Positions 1 to 13,626 of a stretch of 64,000 nt of DNA are shown in pieces (positions within the stretch are counted from its first letter, which is position 1; each line of letters starts with the position of its first letter). The translations under genes were made by a program, and so were the position numbers. The notes beneath the pieces were generated by a model. That model searched no databases. It had not been told where the DNA came from and saw nothing but the letters and a program-made list of their open reading frames with translations. The stretch is from Octopus sinensis (Eukaryota): assembly GCF_006345805.1 (NCBI RefSeq), contig NC_043013.1:18476001-18540000 (forward strand), in the 5' to 3' direction.

Positions 1-611
1 TTGTCCAATATAATACAGGTTTTGGGTTTAAATCAGAAAGCACCGGGATCGATTCCATGTATGTCTTCAGTCAGGTGGCATATTTCCTATTGCCCAGCTT
101 TTATTTTGTTGTTGTTGCTGATATTTAGACTGCTGCATGTATTGATTGCAGATACTTCATCTATGACCACCAATATCGTTTTCAGAGGTATAGTGTACCT
201 CCACACTATATTTTCCCATCTGTCTTTTGGTTGTACGAATACAAATTTTGCTTTGAAACTTGGTTTCCAGTTCTCTATACGTCACCTCTAACTAGAGCCG
301 TGTTAACAACTTCATAGTTCCATCCCCTGACAAAGCGATGTACTGGAGCTTTTTTATTCACAGCAAATCACAACAAAGGTTGACTAGTATTAGGTCTCTA
401 GGCATGTGAGTCCACTGGAGAAATAATTCCCAGGTACTGACTTCGATAAGTAAATTTGACAATATTCTGGAGTTGACCAAGGTCTTGCCAGTGAAATTTA
501 GAATACAGAACCACTGTATGTGGAAGTTCTGTGGAGGGATCGTTCTGTTCCTTTTTTTTTTTAGGGTAGTAGACTAACTCCGTCACTTGGTTTAGAAATC
601 TTTTCTCGTTT

Positions 612-1017
612 ATCTTTTATCTTTCACGTGTTTCAGTCATTATACCACAGCCATACTGGGGCACCTCCGTAAAGAACTTTTAGTCGAACGAATCGACCCA
701 AGGACGTCTTTATTTTCTTAAGTCTGGTACTTATTCTGTCGGTCCGTTTTGCCAAAACGCTAGGTTATGGGGACGTAAACAAACCAATAGGGTCATCAAG
801 CGATGTTGGGGGAGAAACACAAACAGAAAGACACACGCACACACATAAACACGACAGGCTTCTTTCAGTTTCTGTCTACCAAATCCACTCACAGGGCTTT
901 GATCGGCCCGAGGTGACAATAGAAGACACTTACCCAAGATTCCACACAGTGGAATTGAACCCGAAACCATGTGGCTGGGAAGCAAACTTCTTCGCAAACA
1001 GCCACGCCTGCGCCTAT
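612..1017 (-). mobile_element. tRNA-derived SINE, family A (near full length)
   Basis: The minus strand starts AGGCGCAGGCGTGGCTGT...GGTTTCGGGTTCAATTCC (A/B-box-like), then the GGTAGACAGAAACTGAAAGAAGCC core, a (GT)n spacer and a tail. Homologous copies recur across the window. Confidence 0.8.
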
Positions 1018-1019
1018 GG

Positions 1020-1310
1020 TTTATTATTACTACTGCTACTACAGCTGCTGCTGCTGCTGCTACTACTACTACTACTACTTCTACTATTACTGCTGCTGCT
1101 GCTGCTTACTACTATTACTACACTACTACTACTACTACTACTACGACCACCACTACCGCACCACTTTCACGATCACCACCATTATCATGACAACGATTAC
1201 TACAATCCCAGCCCCCATGACTGTCATGCTCACCACCTCCATCGCTGTAACCTCACCGCAACCACCACCACCACCACCACCATCACCACCACCATCTTCG
1301 CTACTGCCAC
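1020..1310. repeat. Compound trinucleotide microsatellite (ACT/GCT/ACC)n
   Basis: Direct reading. It explains the poly-L/T/Y/P ORFs at 913-1353. Confidence 0.9.
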
Positions 1311-1623
1311 TAAACCGACATCAACAGCAATAAGAATATTATTCCGACAATAGACTGGAAGTCTTACGTTTGATATCGGATTAGAAATATTTCTGCTAAC
1401 TTATTTCAAATGCGCGCACAACACACACACACACACGAGCACACATAATACATACACACACATACACATACAAAGATGCTCATATATACATACAGCCACA
1501 CAACCCACACATGTATTTGAATAATACATTTGCTCTCTTTTTCCATATATATATATAAACATGCATGCACACACACTATACATCTATATATACGTACATA
1601 CTTATGTAAACATGTTTGCATAC

Positions 1624-1657
<34 letters not shown>

Positions 1658-1682
1658 TGTGTGTAAAACTTACTATGTTTAC

Positions 1683-1769
<87 letters not shown>

Positions 1770-1959
1770 TACGTATGTATGTATGTATGTATGTATGTAT
1801 GTATGAATGATGTTATATCATATACGGATATTTCTATACTTTTGTTTTGCTATTATCATTTATTTAAATATCTTAGTTTTGGAAATTTATAGAAAAGTAG
1901 AGAAAACCCTATTTGGATTTAGGCTACTGTATATCCGCGGAAAGCGTGCGTGTATATGT

Positions 1960-1996
<37 letters not shown>

Positions 1997-2374
1997 CACA
2001 CACACACACACACATACACGCACACACACACACACACATACACACACACACACAAATCAAGCGCATTTAGATCTTTATTCTTTCTATATGAATAGAATAG
2101 CATATGCAAATATGCGTGCCATCCTGAGTGTATGAACATGCGCAGTCATGAACGTGTGGATATCATGAGTGTGTGCATGCGCGTATGTGCATGTGTGTGT
2201 GTGTGTGTGTGTATTTGCATGTGTGTATCGGTTTGTGCTTGTGTTTGTGTTTGTTTGTGTTGTTTTGGCTATCTTTGACAGTAAGTATAGGGAAAACATG
2301 ATCTGTGGCAAAATCTGTGCTGAATATGTCGTTCACCTGTGGTAAGATTGGCAATCTCTGTACACGTATGTATG

Positions 2375-2479
<105 letters not shown>

Positions 2480-2641
2480 TTGTATACATTTACAGCTGCA
2501 TATACATTTCTGTACATATGTGCTTATATTATAGTGTAACTATGTATATTTATGAGTGTCTGTGTGCACGTGTATGCATGTTTTCTGCATATGTAATGCA
2601 TATATTCAAACACACACACATATAGGAAATACAAGTTTTTA

Positions 2642-2735
<94 letters not shown>

Positions 2736-2747
2736 CACACATATATA

Positions 2748-2778
<31 letters not shown>

Positions 2779-3008
2779 CATACATACACATATGTATACA
2801 TATATATGTATGTATGTATGTACATATGTTTATATATGTATTAAATATCTATGTATGTATATATGTATTATGTATGTATGTATGTATGTATGTATGTATG
2901 TATGTATGTATGTATAATATTTTATACACTCGCATCTAAAAGTATATAGGTAAACCAAAGTTTCAAAATCTATTAATGCCACCTGAAATCCGTATCCGAG
3001 ACATATTT

Positions 3009-3070
<62 letters not shown>

Positions 3071-3427
3071 CCATGTTCAGATACACACACCCACGCTCTC
3101 ACAGATACCCCGCTATACACTTGCATACATGCATATATTAATCTATACATATGTGTGTATGTTTGTGTATGTGTGCGTGTGTGTGTGTTTGTGTGAGTTT
3201 GTATATGAAAACTGCTTTCGATTTTAATATTTTAAAACCGAGATTTCAAAAGCCGTGTTTGATGCTGAAATCTTGAGTAAATACACAGAGTTTATTTTGT
3301 TTTTAACCAGGATATATCGAAGTTCACCTAATTTTATTTTGGGGTTATATGCAAGGAAAGATTTTATTTAAATTTCAGTGGGAAATGTGAGTTGTAACTA
3401 AAATAAATTTTACATCCAAATGTAATC

Positions 3428-3572
3428 ATGGCGTGCTGTTATGAATTCCTCTTTGGAACTGCGTAGTTCGGGGTTCGACCTTCTGTTCGATCGCTTGGGA
3501 AATTGCTCTTTACTATGGCTCCTGGTTGACAATTGCTTTGTGACTAAAATTTGGTAGACAGAAACTTCGGAA
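3428..3572 (+). mobile_element. Diverged family A SINE head
   Basis: Contains GGCGTG...GTTCGGGTTCGA...TTTGGTAGACAGAAACT, matching the 612-1017 copy. Confidence 0.6.
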
Positions 3573-4799
3573 AAACATCATATTTATATGTATGTATATT
3601 TATATATACACATCCAGACGCATCCACGCATATATACGTTAGAGCGTAGTATACACACTTGAACAGCAATATATGTGACACAAATACATACACAGAATAT
3701 CTACACAAAAGAATCAAGTGAAGCATATATACACACAGTTTCAAAACAACTAGAAATGTACAGGTATAGAAACATATACGCATTATACACACTATACTTC
3801 TACTGCTTCCTCACGCCGCTACATACACATTGAAAAAATATATGAGAAACAAGCACACGTATACACACACTCTAATATAGTTACACGTATTTCTGTTTCT
3901 TATTAAACACTTTCCGAAGTATCATAAATGTGAAATATTTAATAGAAATAATATCAAATTTAGCTTCAGTTGTACACATAATGTCGTAACAGCAAACAAC
4001 ATATACCATTAGTAAAATGCTTAACAGACTTGTACACCAATTCTTTCCACTCAGAATCTGCTTAATTTCGCACTTTGTCCATTGAATAATTTATGTCTGT
4101 CGAAATCGAGACTTTATTGTGCGAAAATATTAATGGCTGACATTTCAGTGTCTAAAGATTATATAAAGATTATATTGGTGTAAATGCAAATAAACTTAAA
4201 GAACTATGTAATCATTTGCTGCAGTCTTTTAAAAATTCGGAAGTCTTTAAACACAAGTTGAAGATAATAAAAAGTGACATTTGAAATATTACAGTATTAC
4301 AGGCTTGGACAATGTGTGGACCATATCACAACAGTAGTATAAACCTTACGAGTAAGGTTGAGGACAGTTGTGATTTTTGCCCCATATTTTTTAAATAGTC
4401 CAACTTCAACAAACGTTTTGAATTGATACATTTTTGTCATTATAAATGTTATTTGTCAAGATATTCCGAATTACCTAACGATAGGGCCACATTATTGGGG
4501 GGAAAAAATCAAAATCTCTTTTCTGTGAATGTCAATAAAATTCATTATTTTTGCCGCCATCACAAACACATGCATATATGTACCCATATATGCATGTATA
4601 TATATATATATATATATGCAGGTATGTACATATATGTAAGTATATATGGATATATTTATATATTATTTATATTATTATTATTATTATGTGTGTGTGTCTA
4701 TATCTGTGTGTGTGTGTGTATTTTCAATGTGTACAAATAACACGGAAAAATAGATAGTTACCAGGGTAACAAACTTATTGATTATCTTTGAAAGTCCTA

Positions 4800-5925
4800 A
4801 ACTTATTTTTATTCCGTATAAAGGGATATAAAGGAATATAAAGAACGGTTATCTTTCTTACGCTTAAAGCAGGCTACAAAGAAAAAAATTACCCGTATTA
4901 ACCCTATTGACAGTAATTCTACCTCTATTAATCTGGACATGAAAACACATCATAACGGTAATAACAATATAATTTTTAGTTTGAATAACACTAAATCGAA
5001 AAATGTAATTTTGCAGCGTAAGGGAGACAACCATTCTTTATATATGTAATAAAAATAAGCTTAGGACTATTAAAGATAATTACCCCAATAACAAAGTGTG
5101 TCCTAGTAAAACTGTTTGGCTGATCATTCCATATGATAAGCAGATCAAATCCAACCTCCTTTACCAGTTTCGTGAAGCCATAGATAAGAATTTTCCCCCA
5201 AAATTCCAAATACCATTCCTTTACCAATTCACACCGAATTAGGATAGATTTTTCAAACACCAAAAACCTTTCACAAATCATCTCTTCGAATAACAATATG
5301 TTGTTAAGCACAAATCCACTTAATGAAAATAATAACATTGATATTATTAACACTAAAAAAAAAAAGGAAGCACTCCGTCGGTTACGACGACGAGGGTTCC
5401 GGTTGATCCGAATCAACGGAACAGCCTGCTCGTGAAATTAACGTGTAAGTGGCTGAGCACTCCACAGACACGTGTACCTTTAACGTAGTTCTCGGGATAT
5501 TCAGCGTGACACAGAGTGACAAGGCCGGCCCTTTGAAATACAGGTACAACAGAAACAGGAAGTAAGAGTGAGAGAAAGTTGTGGTGAAAGAGTACAGCAG
5601 GGATCACCACCAGCCCCTGCCGGAGCCTCGTGGAGCTTTAGGTGTTTTCGCTCAATAAACACTCACAACGCCCGGTCTGGGAATCGAAACCGCGATCCTA
5701 TGACCGCGAGTCCGCTGCCCTAACCACTGGGCCATTGCGCCTCCACTATTAACACTAACCATTCTTTGAACAATAATAACAACAATGTTAATATTCCTGA
5801 TATAAATTCGAATCGTATTCGTTTCCTTAGCAGTAATTCTAAAACTAGAAACTCTGTTTATCAATGTAAAATTACTTCCGGTTCTGATGCCTTTTTCTAT
5901 AAAGGTAGCAAGTACATCAGCTGTT
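4800..5925 (+). pseudogene. Penelope-like retroelement relic (end of RT, linker, start of GIY-YIG), interrupted by a SINE
   Basis: Frameshifted peptides LKAGYKEK, KTVWLIIPYDKQIKSNLLYQFREAIDKNFP, NSKYHSFTNSHRIRIDFSNTKNLSQIISSNNNMLLS and NSVYQCKITSGSDAFFYKG follow the order of PLE motifs (I.WFNPPY...F...IDK.FP...K.SYS...N...II..HN; VY...YIG). Confidence 0.7.
5357..5746 (-). mobile_element. tRNA-derived SINE, family C, full length with 12-bp TSD
   Basis: Head GGAGGCGCAATGGCCCAGTGGTTAGGGC...GGTTTCGATTCCC. TSD TATTAACACTAA at 5345-5356 and 5747-5758. Confidence 0.9.
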
Positions 5926-6228
5926 GCGATCGATACAACGCGTACGCGAGAAAAATGCACGTGCAGTTTGCGCAAAAAAAGCCGACTGGCTTGAAATAAT
6001 GCCACAAAATGCAGTATATTTAAGAGGCCCAAAAAATAAGTTGCAAAAGAGATATTTTCTTCAAACATGGCATGGAGGAAGTAAAGACTATTTGGTTTCT
6101 CAAGAAGTTTTTTTTGCCGTAACTTCGTTTAACAAAACCAAAAAATTTATTGAAATAAAGGCATGCTTAATTATATTTTAATGAAAAGAAAACACTGATT
6201 GCTTTTTATCAGCAAATATGATTCAGCA

Positions 6229-6259
6229 CCGTCCACTGGACGGGCGGGGCGTTTTGCTC

Positions 6260-6261
<2 letters not shown>
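6229..6261 (+). mobile_element. Helitron-like 3' terminus
   Basis: Perfect hairpin CCGTCC-ACT-GGACGG followed 13 nt later by CTCGT (one change from CTAGT), then (TA)n. Confidence 0.45.
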
Positions 6262-6299
<38 letters not shown>

Positions 6300-7418
6300 C
6301 ACATGCATATATATACACATGCATATATATATATATATATATATATACACATGATATATACACATGCATATATATATGTATATATATATATATCATGTGT
6401 ATATGTAATGTGATATAATAGTGAAAGTGATGAAAGTGAAACTATTACCTCACATTACAATAAAGATGCTATTATTTCACTTTTGACACGTAATACCGAA
6501 ACAATGAAGAGATTGCTCCGGGCTCGCATCAGGCAAGAAGTTGAAATTTTTGGGGCTCATGACACTCCGTGGATTCTAAGTAGTGCATGTGTAAAATTTG
6601 AATGAAATTGGTTGGGTAGTTCTTTAGTTTTTAGTGATGCACACATACAGACACACACAGGCAGACACACATTCTCAGTTTTATATATAATATATATATA
6701 TATATATCTATATATATATATATATAAAGCTGAGAATATATCTATATATATTATATATATATGGATACATAGCCATCTGTGTATCATACTAAATTTCTAT
6801 ACACCGATGAAAGACACGATGCTGTGATTTCTGTCTGAAAGAAAATCTCTTGTCTGTAAACACAACATATATCGGAGCAAAGTGAGCATTGTTCCAGCGG
6901 TGACAACTGAGAACGACAAATACGTTTCACTCTAGTTGGGGCTTGTTACACGTTTGTCAATCGTTAGGGTAGAATTCGAACTTCGAATTATAAGAAACCA
7001 ACAAAAACCACAGCACCATATCACTTTTAACAGTCTATATACATTTAGTGCGATAGAGAGGTGGTGATTTTAATTTAAAGCTGTTTCAATTGTTTACAAC
7101 CAGTATTCCGCAATAACAAGCCTTCCGCAAAAACAATGAATGCATTGTTTACTCCCTCTTATACATCGAAGCACGATTTCAGGGAGACCGCGTTAATAAG
7201 CCCCAAATAGGTTTAAACGCATTTGTCTCTCTCTGGTGGGTGGCTGCAACGACGATGTTCATCTCTGTCCAATACACATTATGCTTTTACACAAACATGT
7301 CTACTAAGAAGAGATTTTTTCCAAACTCACAGCAACATGCCTTTTCAACGGTGTCTATACATTTCGTATGATACACAGATAGCGACTGTAATTAAACGCT
7401 ATTTCATTGCATGCACCG

Positions 7419-7484
<66 letters not shown>

Positions 7485-7650
7485 ATATATATATATATAG
7501 GTATATATGTACATTTATATGTGTGTTTTGTGTGCACGTGTATATCTATATAAATGCACGTATGCATGTATAATACGCATACACTTTTCTCTCACATTGT
7601 TAGTACGAGTTTCAACACACACTCACATACGCACACTCACTCACACTTAG

Positions 7651-7701
<51 letters not shown>

Positions 7702-7914
7702 CATACGCAATTATACACAGATACTCAAATACACAATTATTGTGTGTGTATATTATTGGTGTAATCAGTGAAGGAATTTATTCCACGAAATCGTGTCAGT
7801 GAGAACTTTCTGGAAGCCAATCTTGGAGAAGACAAACGAAAGTGACAAAAATATAATTAAAGTAAAAAAATACAACAGAATTTTGGGATAAACTCAAGAA
7901 TGCCATATTACGAT

Positions 7915-8375
7915 TAGCGTTGATGTTGATGGTGGTGGTGGTGGTGATTTTGATAATGGTGGTGGTGGTGGCAATGGTGTTGATGGTGGTGACAGTGGTG
8001 TTGTTGGTGATGGTAGTGATGGTGGTGTTGGTGGAGGTGCTAATGGGGTTGATACTGATGATGTGGGACTCGCTGTTGTTGTTGTTGGTGGTGATAGTGG
8101 TGGTGGTGGTGGTAATGGCTGTGGTGTTGGTGTCATTCCTGTTAGTGGTGGTAATATTTATGGCGTTGGTGATGTTGTTGGGGGGGGATAGAGGTGGTGG
8201 TGACAGTAGCAGTGGTGGTGGTGAAGGTGGTGGTGGTGAGGGTGGTTGTTGTGATAGAAATGGTGAAGGTGGTTATAGTAATGACATTAGTGGTGAGGGT
8301 GGTGAAAGTGGTAGTGGTGGAGAGGGTAATAGTGGCGATAGTGATGTCGATGATTCCAATGTTGATGCTGATGTT
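7915..8375. repeat. Degenerate (GGT/GAT/GTT)n tract
   Basis: Direct reading. Source of the poly-V/G/P ORFs. Confidence 0.85.
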
Positions 8376-8760
8376 GCTATTGCTGTTGAGCGTAGCGGTC
8401 TTCGTCCGTAGTGGGAGAAGTCCGAAACGTGGTCCTTAGCTATTCGTAAGACCCGCAGAAGAGGAAGCAGGTCAACTCCCAACACCGAGAACATCGACGG
8501 ATGGATGAATGCGCATCCAGGCTCAGTGGTTGCGTAGGAAGTCGGAGACAAGTAACAGGAAGAAAGAGTGAGATAAAGTTGGAGCGAAAGAGTACAACAG
8601 TGGTCGCCATCACCCCCTGCCGGAGCCTCGTGGAGCTTTAGGTGTTTTCGCTCAATAAACACACACAACGCCCGGTCTGGGAATCGAAACCGCGATTCTC
8701 CGACCGCGATTCTCCGACCGCGAGTCCGCTGCCCTAACCATTGGGCCATTGCGCCTCCAC
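8376..8760 (-). mobile_element. Family C SINE with an alternative 3' tail
   Basis: Same head and core as 5357-5746 but an unrelated tail. Internal 14-bp tandem duplication GCGATTCTCCGACC. Possible TSD TGATGCTGATGTT at 8363-8375 and 8761-8773 (low-complexity context). Confidence 0.85.
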
Positions 8761-9856
8761 TGATGCTGATGTTAGTTGTAGTGGTGGGATTATTAGCCGA
8801 GCTGATGATGTTGCTTATTAGTGTTGTTGGTATTATTTTACTGGACTGTTATAAAAGGGCAAGTGCCCATAACATTTGCAGACTCTCCTCGCTACGGATA
8901 TCTGCGGACATTTCCCGCATAGTTGCAAGTCTACGGCTTAAGGACAAGAATTCCGTTGTGGGGACGTTATAGGGAAGGAGTATTGCGCGTCATGTTTTGA
9001 AGTAGGAATGGTTGGAGTGGACAAAATATGGGTGACCACCGGAAAAACAAGACGTCACCAGTTCTTTAACGAATCAAAAATCAGACCCGCCCGCGGGATA
9101 ATTTATAAATACACCGGATTCCAAAACATACCGCTACAAGCGAAAGTTCCTACACACCACGGAAAGAGGATCAGAGAAACTGTAAACAAAATCCCTTTTT
9201 TTTTACTATCTTCATTTCTCCCTTATTTTCCCCCCCTCTTAACTCAGTATAACTGAAACTTTGGTGATAATCATTTCTTGTCACTAATGAGCTTTGTAAA
9301 TTCGAACAAATTGATGCACAGTTTTAATATTATTGACTGTTAGGAACATTTAAACTTGTCAGCATCGAAATTTCTGAACATGTCTTTCTAATTCATAATT
9401 CTAAATTTGTCTGTTATGGACATTTAAAATTTGTCAACACTGAAACTTTTAAAGATGTTTTTCTAATTCATAATTTAAAATTTTTTACCAATGATAAACA
9501 AAAAATATTGTTGAAATTAGTTTGGTATACATGTAAATAAATTTATTTTAAATAATTATAAGTTTTTCAAATTTTGGTACATTTTCAACAACAAATTTGG
9601 CTATATATATATATATATGTAAATGTAAATGTAATCGTTTTTCCAAATAAATTGAAGTTCTTATCCGTGGCTCCGATGAAGCTGTAAGGTGTTACTCATG
9701 CACTCAACTATGAGTCCACTGCATCTTATCAGCAGAAACAACTCTATAAGCTAATGAAATTCATAAGATAGTAATTCATTCATTTGATAACTCTTTTTCT
9801 ACACACCACAACACACACACACACATACACAAACACACACAAATATATATATATAT

Positions 9857-9930
<74 letters not shown>

Positions 9931-10897
9931 GTATATATATATATGTGTGTGTGTGTGTATATACATACGCGCGCGCACAGACATACAAATATGTATATAT
10001 TGTATATATACAAATAGATCGAGGGAGAGATGTGTGTGTGTGAGTGTCTGTTACAGATTTTATAACAAGGTACTTGTTTTTGTTTTGAAGCTACAGGCAG
10101 AACGTAAGATTCGAAACTGCTTTTCTAATACCGAAATCTAGTATAGAAAAAAAGATTCATTATCTGAAAATTTGCATGTTTTCTGAACTAAAAACCTTCG
10201 TAAATTCCATTATGGATATTACCGGACATTTATTAAGAGATTTTCCATTATATTAACAAAAGGCGTCTTTCTCACCTGCGTAGTTTTGGCTCCTACAAGC
10301 CGAGTACACTTTCTGCAATTCCATTAGAAATATGGTAATATGTTTTCTTTTGGCTCACGCCAAAACCACCAGGAAATTTACAAAAGATCTTTTCACTCTT
10401 TTCACTAGTTGGCATTAATTTTTCCTTAGAGTAAGTTCCATTGAAATGATCCATAAGACGCTAAGTATTTCAGCCACATAGAATGGCTTCTCTGCAGTCG
10501 TTCGGAGAGAAGAACAGACGGAAAACGGGGGAGAGGAAAACCCACAATCAAAGATCAACTGGAAATCTTCAGTAAATCCTACATATTGACATTTCTATCT
10601 CGGCTTTCTTATCAAGCAAACTGGCGCTTTTCTTGAGGATCTCATTAACATATCGTGTGTAATGCCGGTACGGATTTCACAGCAATAACAAACCTTAAAC
10701 ACCAGTTAACGATTGCTTATGCATATTGCATGCTGACGTTTGATAAAAACAGAATTTGAATGGAGAAATAAAATAAATTTTGTTATATTATATTATATTA
10801 TATTATATTATATTATGTTATACCAGTTAGCTTGAGACGGGGAAATTATTGACTAGTTTCACGTTTATATGACGTGAAATTTTCTGATCAAAAAGTT

Positions 10898-10929
<32 letters not shown>

Positions 10930-11063
10930 TGTATGTATGTATGTATGTATGTATGTATGTATGTATGTATGTATGTATTATGTACGTGTGTGTAGATATC
11001 TATGTATATAAATATACATGCATGCATACGTACATAAATACATAGACATAAGCATGCATACAA

Positions 11064-11138
<75 letters not shown>

Positions 11139-11344
11139 ACACACACACACACACACACACACATATATCTATATATATATATATATATAATATATGTATG
11201 TGTTTGTGTGTGTGTGTGTCTATCTACGTGTATTGGCACGCACATATGCATACATAAATACAGACATGTATAATTAAAGTCTGTCTCAAGTCTACATGCT
11301 GATTAAAATGGAGCTTGTATTCTTATCATTACCAATCTCACGGA

Positions 11345-11500
11345 TTGTTAGCGTGTCGAACAAAATGTATGGCAGTATTTCTCTGCTTTTACGTACTGAG
11401 TTCAAATCTCACCGAACTCAACTTCGTCTTCAATTATTTCCGAATCAATGAAAGTACGAGGATGGTATTATCGACTATTCCCTTCCGCTAGAATTAAGGA
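11345..11500 (+). mobile_element. Diverged family B SINE
   Basis: GTTAGCGTGTCGAACAAAATG...TGAGTTCAAATCTCACCGA aligns by eye to the family B head. Confidence 0.5.
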
Positions 11501-11520
11501 CTTTTGCCTATGCTAGGAAA

Positions 11521-11523
11521 ATT

Positions 11524-11569
<46 letters not shown>

Positions 11570-11717
11570 CCATCACCACCACCACCACCACCACCACCAC
11601 CACCACCACCACCACCACCACCACCACCACCACCATCACCACCACCACCATCATCATCATCATCCTCATCATCATCATCATCATCATTATATTATCATTA
11701 TTATTATCATTATATTA

Positions 11718-11752
<35 letters not shown>

Positions 11753-11794
11753 TATTATTATTTTATTATTATTATATTATTATTATTATTATTT
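11521..11794. repeat. Compound (ATC)n(ACC)n(ATC)n(ATT)n microsatellite
   Basis: Direct reading. The ATT part abuts the 3' end of the Dong-like LINE. Confidence 0.9.
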
Positions 11795-13113
11795 TTTATG
11801 TTTGACTTTTGCTTTACATATGTGCGAGTTGGCTCCAAATCTCACCCAGTGACCTCAAGAGACAACGAGTTAGAAGTTCGTGTTGGTATTATGCCTAGGG
11901 TGCCATATATTTGGTTTTGCACATAGTATTGTTCCAGAGAATGTTTAAGAAACCATAAAAAAATTGTGCTTGTTTTAAAATTTGAGATTATATATAAAGT
12001 ATTTTGCGTAGGATATGGCAGTTCCCATGAGCACTATCTTTTGAATTTCTGCCATTTTGGGGTTTCCTGAGTTAGGTAGCAATCAGCCCCTTTTGCTATC
12101 ATTTCTAGGGCATCTATGACAACAAATATTGTTTTCGTTTTCAGGTTCCACATTTTGCTAATTTCTATTTCAAGATCTTTATACTTGTTCAGTTTTTTGG
12201 TAGTTCTTGACAGACATGTTTATATCAATTGGGACAGTCATATCAATGAGGAGGCATGTTCTTTGTCCGACGTCTTTCAATATGATGTCTGACCAATTTG
12301 CACCTATCTTTCTGTCAGTTTGAGTGGTGAAGTTCCAGAGGAGTGAGAAGTGATCATTTTCAAGCACTGGAGGTGGTTTGTGTTCCCACCAGTTTTTATC
12401 ATGAGGCAAGTCCAGGTTTTTTGCAAATTACCCAGTGAATATATTGTGCAGCTCTATCATGCCTGTTGAGGTACTCTGTAGGCGCAAGAAGACTGCAGAT
12501 GGAGACAACATGATCAATGGTTTCATTTTGTTGTTGACATACACGGCATGTTGGGAAGCTGCCGTTCTTTAATATGTTGGCCTGGCAGTTCCTTGTAGGT
12601 ATGCATTGAACTTGGGCTGGTATGATAAAGCTTTCTGTTTCAGATTTTAAGGCAGAAGCCATTAGCCACTGATGGGTAAGGGCTTTGTCAACTTCGGCAT
12701 TATTCGCTCTCTTTGGGTATTTGCCATTGAGAGGTTTTTCTTGCCATTTATCAGTCAGAATATCTAAGGCAGCAGTTTTAGCACGGGTTTTCATGCGCTT
12801 AGCTTTTTCTACGCTTGTTTCTAGTATATCTAATTCCAGAATTTGCTTTTATTTGGAATTCACTTAGATATTCCTTTGCCTGTTTTGTTATTGAGTATGA
12901 TACTTTCGTGTTTTCATGTTTTGAGACAAGTTTTAACATCCAGTCCTCAGAGTTTTTTTAGGTAGGTGTTTAGGCTAATTGTGGCAATCTTCATTGTTAA
13001 TGTCAATTGTAAAAGTCCACGGCCTCCCTTTGTCCTTGGCAGCTAAAGTCGTTCTATATCTGCCTTAGGGTGGTGCATTCTATGCATTGTCAACAGTTTT
13101 CGTATTTTTGTCC
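11795..13113 (-). mobile_element. R4/Dong-clade non-LTR retrotransposon, 5'-truncated and frameshifted (copy 1)
   Basis: Peptides LKSETESFIIPAQ, the CCHC knuckle CRVCQQQNETIDHVVSIC, HDRAAQYIHW, and the restriction-like endonuclease region SDIILKDVGQRTCLLIDMTVP. The 3' UTR is shared with copy 2 and is followed by (TAA)n. Confidence 0.9.
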
Positions 13114-13471
13114 TGTAAATTCCACGTAGTTGTGTAAACATTGAAATGTATGTGTAGTCCTATGGGTATCAAAAATATATATGATTATGTAGGCATTTCA
13201 GTGTATGCGTAATTACTCAATTTATGTACTTACTATTTTGTTCCATTTGTATTTTATAATTTGTAAACTTTTCGGTGTTGATATCGCGTGTGTTTCAGTA
13301 CTTTTGTATGGTCGTAAAAACTTCGTTTTTTAAAAATTATTTTCGTTAAAAGACCGCTTCCTTCAAGTCTTCCGCAGGTTCTTTTATCTAATTCCATCGA
13401 TGTTATTGGATTAGATTTGTTTTTGAATGTGGAGCTCGGTGTAGCACGTCCATGTTATTCAGCGAGGGGCT

Positions 13472-13472
13472 C

Positions 13473-13504
<32 letters not shown>

Positions 13505-13626
13505 CTTCTTCTTCTTCTTCTTCTTCTTCTTCTTCTTCTTCTTCTTCTTCTTCTTCTTCTTCTTCTTCTTCTTCTTCTTCTTCTTCTTCTTCTTCTTCTT
13601 CTTCTTCTTCTTCTTCTTCTTCTTCT
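13472..13626. repeat. (TTG)n + (TTC)n microsatellite (about 40 TTC units)
   Basis: Direct reading. Confidence 0.95.

Noticed and set aside
1-586. Possible LINE relic (QYLGII word, minus strand)
   Set aside because: Only one short motif, with no second collinear RT or endonuclease motif.
8850-9250. Cys/His spacing resembling gag knuckles (ICGHFPHSC...EYCASC)
   Set aside because: The spacing does not fit CX2CX4HX4C, the frame has stops, and no ORF2 follows.
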